Shown here one piece after another: positions 32,170 to 33,990 of a DNA stretch of 33,990 nucleotides. The first letter of the stretch is position 1, and every line of letters starts with the position of its first letter. This DNA comes from an uncultured Atopobiaceae bacterium (GTDB lineage: Bacteria > Actinomycetota > Coriobacteriia > Coriobacteriales > Atopobiaceae): positions 1 to 33,990 of the forward strand of contig CAMYZR010000001.1 of NCBI GenBank assembly GCA_947303905.1, in the 5' to 3' direction. The notes beneath the pieces were generated by a model that had not been told where the DNA came from, searched no databases, and saw only the letters and a list, made by a program, of their open reading frames with translations. The position numbers and the translations under genes were made by a program.

Positions 32170-33800
32170 CTAGCGCCAGATGTACGCGACTGCCTCGTAG
32201 GGGCGAAGGGTGACCTGGTCTCCCTCGGACCTTGCCTCGCCGTAGTTGCCAATGAGAAGCTCTCCGCCGTCTACCGACAGGCCGGGCACGTCGTTGCCCG
32301 AGTAGTTGCACTGAACAAGCAGGCGCGTTCCGTCCAGCATGCGCTCGTAGGCGATGAGGGGACTGTCCTCTGCCACGTCGACGAAGCGCACGTCGCCTTC
32401 GCTGATGACGGGTTCTGCCTTGCGCAGCGTGATGAGCCGCTGGAAGTAGGACCAGACGGAGTTCTTGTCGGCCATCTCCGTCTCGGCGTTGATCTGGACG
32501 TGGTTGGCGTTGATGCCCAGCCACGGCGTGCCCGTGGTAAAGCCGGCGTTCTCGCTGGCGTCCCACGCCATGGGCGTGCGGCCGTCGTCGCGCGAGCGTG
32601 CGTGCACGATCTCGAACGCCTCCTCAGGCGTGTGCCCGCGCTCCTGGATGATCTGGTAGTAGTTGAGCGACTCCACGTCGCGGTACTGTTCGATGCTGGT
32701 GAAGTCAGAGATGGTCTGGCCGAGCTCCTCGCCTTGGAAGATGTAGGGCGTTCCGCGCATGAGGTGCGTCGTCGTGGGCAGGAGGGTGCTGGAGGCATAC
32801 CAATAGTGCTCGGTGTCGCCAAAGCGCGAGTTGGGACGCGGCTGGTCGTGGTTGGACCAGAACAGCGAGTTCCATCCGTCGCCCTCGGTCATGCCTTCCT
32901 GCCAGCTGCGAAAGAGGTCACGCAGCTCGCGGACATCGGGGTCCTTGAGCTCCCACTTGTCGCCACCCGCAAAGTCGACCTTGAGATGGTGGAAGTTGAA
33001 GGCCATTGCCAGCTCGTGGTTGTCCGGGTTCGTGTAGCGGACGCAGTTGTCAAGCGTCGTGGAGCTCATCTCGCCCACGGTGATGTTGCCATCGATGTCG
33101 CCGAGGCGCACCATCTCCTGCAGGTACTCGTGAATGTGCGGACCGTCCAGCCGTCGGGCTTGGAGATGAGATTGACCACGTCGAAGCGGAAGCAGCTGAC
33201 GCCCTTGGCCTGCCAGAAATGCAGGACGTCGGAGAGCTCCTCGCGGACCTTGGGGTTGTCCCAGTTGAGGTCTGCCTGGGTCGGGTCAAACAGATGCAGG
33301 TACCACTTGTTGAGGCTCGGCACGTAAGCCCAGGCATTGCCGCCGAACTTGCTCTCCCAGTTGGTGGGCGGCTCGCCAGGGTTCTCCTCGGTGGCGTCCT
33401 TTGCCGCGTCGACGAACTTGTAGTAGTCGAGATACTCGGGATCGCCGGTGAGGGCACGCTTGAACCACTCGTGCTCGGTAGACGTGTGGTTGAACACCAT
33501 GTCGAGCATGAGCTCGATGCCGCGGGCGCGCGCCTCGCGGGCGAGTTCCTCGAAGTCCTCCATCGTGCCGAAGATGGGATCGATGGCACGGTAGTCGGCG
33601 ACGTCGTAGCCGTTGTCGTTTTGCGGGCTCACGAAGAAGGGTGTGATCCATACCACGTCGACGCCGAGCTCCTTGAGGTAGTCGAGCTTGGATATGATGC
33701 CGCGCAGGTCGCCTATGCCATCGCCGTCCGAGTCGCAGAACGAACGGATATAGATCTGGTAGATGACCTTGTTGCCAAGCTGCTGTGCACGCGCGTTCAT
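32170..33800 (-). pseudogene. GH13 alpha-glucosidase / trehalose-6-phosphate hydrolase (TreC/TreA-like) split by a frameshift near 33148-33156
   Basis: N-terminal part (33800-33066): VIYQIYIRSFCDSDGDGIGDLRGI..LDYLKELGVDVVWITPFF.SPQ.DNGYDV.DY, MLDMVFNHTS and GVSCFRFDVVNLISKPDG. The C-terminal part continues in another frame: LDGPHIHEYLQEMVRLG..TVGEMSSTT...FNFHHLKVD...FWSNHDQPR...GTPYIFQGEELG. The two track ORFs (33066-33884 and 32170-33114) overlap out of frame. SD AAGGAG precedes ATG 33800. Confidence 0.8.
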
Positions 33801-33990
33801 GGGATGCTCCTTGACCTGATGAGCCTGTCGGATGGCGATACCTTTATGATACGAGACCGCCTTGGGCGAGATACGCTCGGGCAATGCAGAGACGTAGGCA
33901 GCACCCTAGACGGAGGTGGGGTGGGCGGCCCAGGCCGCACCCCCCCCAGGGAAGGGACAAGCCGAACTAACGGCTAGTAGAGAAGGGGGC

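Overview
This is a 33,990-bp high-GC segment (about 60-65% by eye) from a Gram-positive chromosome. Gene content (LCP, AmaP-DUF2273-Asp23, MurT/GatD, GH1/GH13 sugar genes) suggests an Actinomycetota/Coriobacteriia-like organism, but the taxon cannot be proven from the sequence. I call about 36 tightly packed protein genes. I saw no rRNA, tRNA, CRISPR array, transposase or integrase.

Layout:
- 2-4908: cell-envelope gene string (LCP with an in-frame stop, amaP-DUF2273-asp23, murT-gatD).
- 4958-6181: cysK, preceded by a promoter, a polycysteine short ORF and a terminator.
- 6333-8390: solitary GmrSD-like DUF262/DUF1524 nuclease.
- 8399-13205: assorted genes (methyltransferase plus a small coupled ORF, GTPase-DUF697, peptidoglycan deacetylase, NUDIX, hypothetical).
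- 13338-18236: NHLP-type three-gene peptide export system with an active C39 peptidase domain.
- 18345-19526: unknown polytopic membrane protein, transcribed divergently from a 69-aa ORF with a double-glycine-type leader.
- 19631-23232 (minus strand): ECF-like sigma factor, STAS antagonist, and a large membrane sensor that fuses a PP2C phosphatase to an RsbW-like kinase domain.
- 23387-33800: metabolic and transport genes, ending in a frameshifted GH13 trehalose-6-phosphate-hydrolase-like gene.

Best candidates for something new:
1. The 13.3-23.2 kb neighbourhood. A maturase-less GG-leader peptide and its exporter sit next to a partner-switching sigma module with an extracytoplasmic sensor. 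This may be a peptide-signalling circuit that is not built on a two-component system. The functional link is inference only.
2. A leaderless polycysteine short ORF plus an intrinsic terminator directly upstream of cysK. This looks like a cysteine-sensing attenuator.

Many very long ORFs antisense to recognisable genes are high-GC shadow ORFs, and I rejected them.
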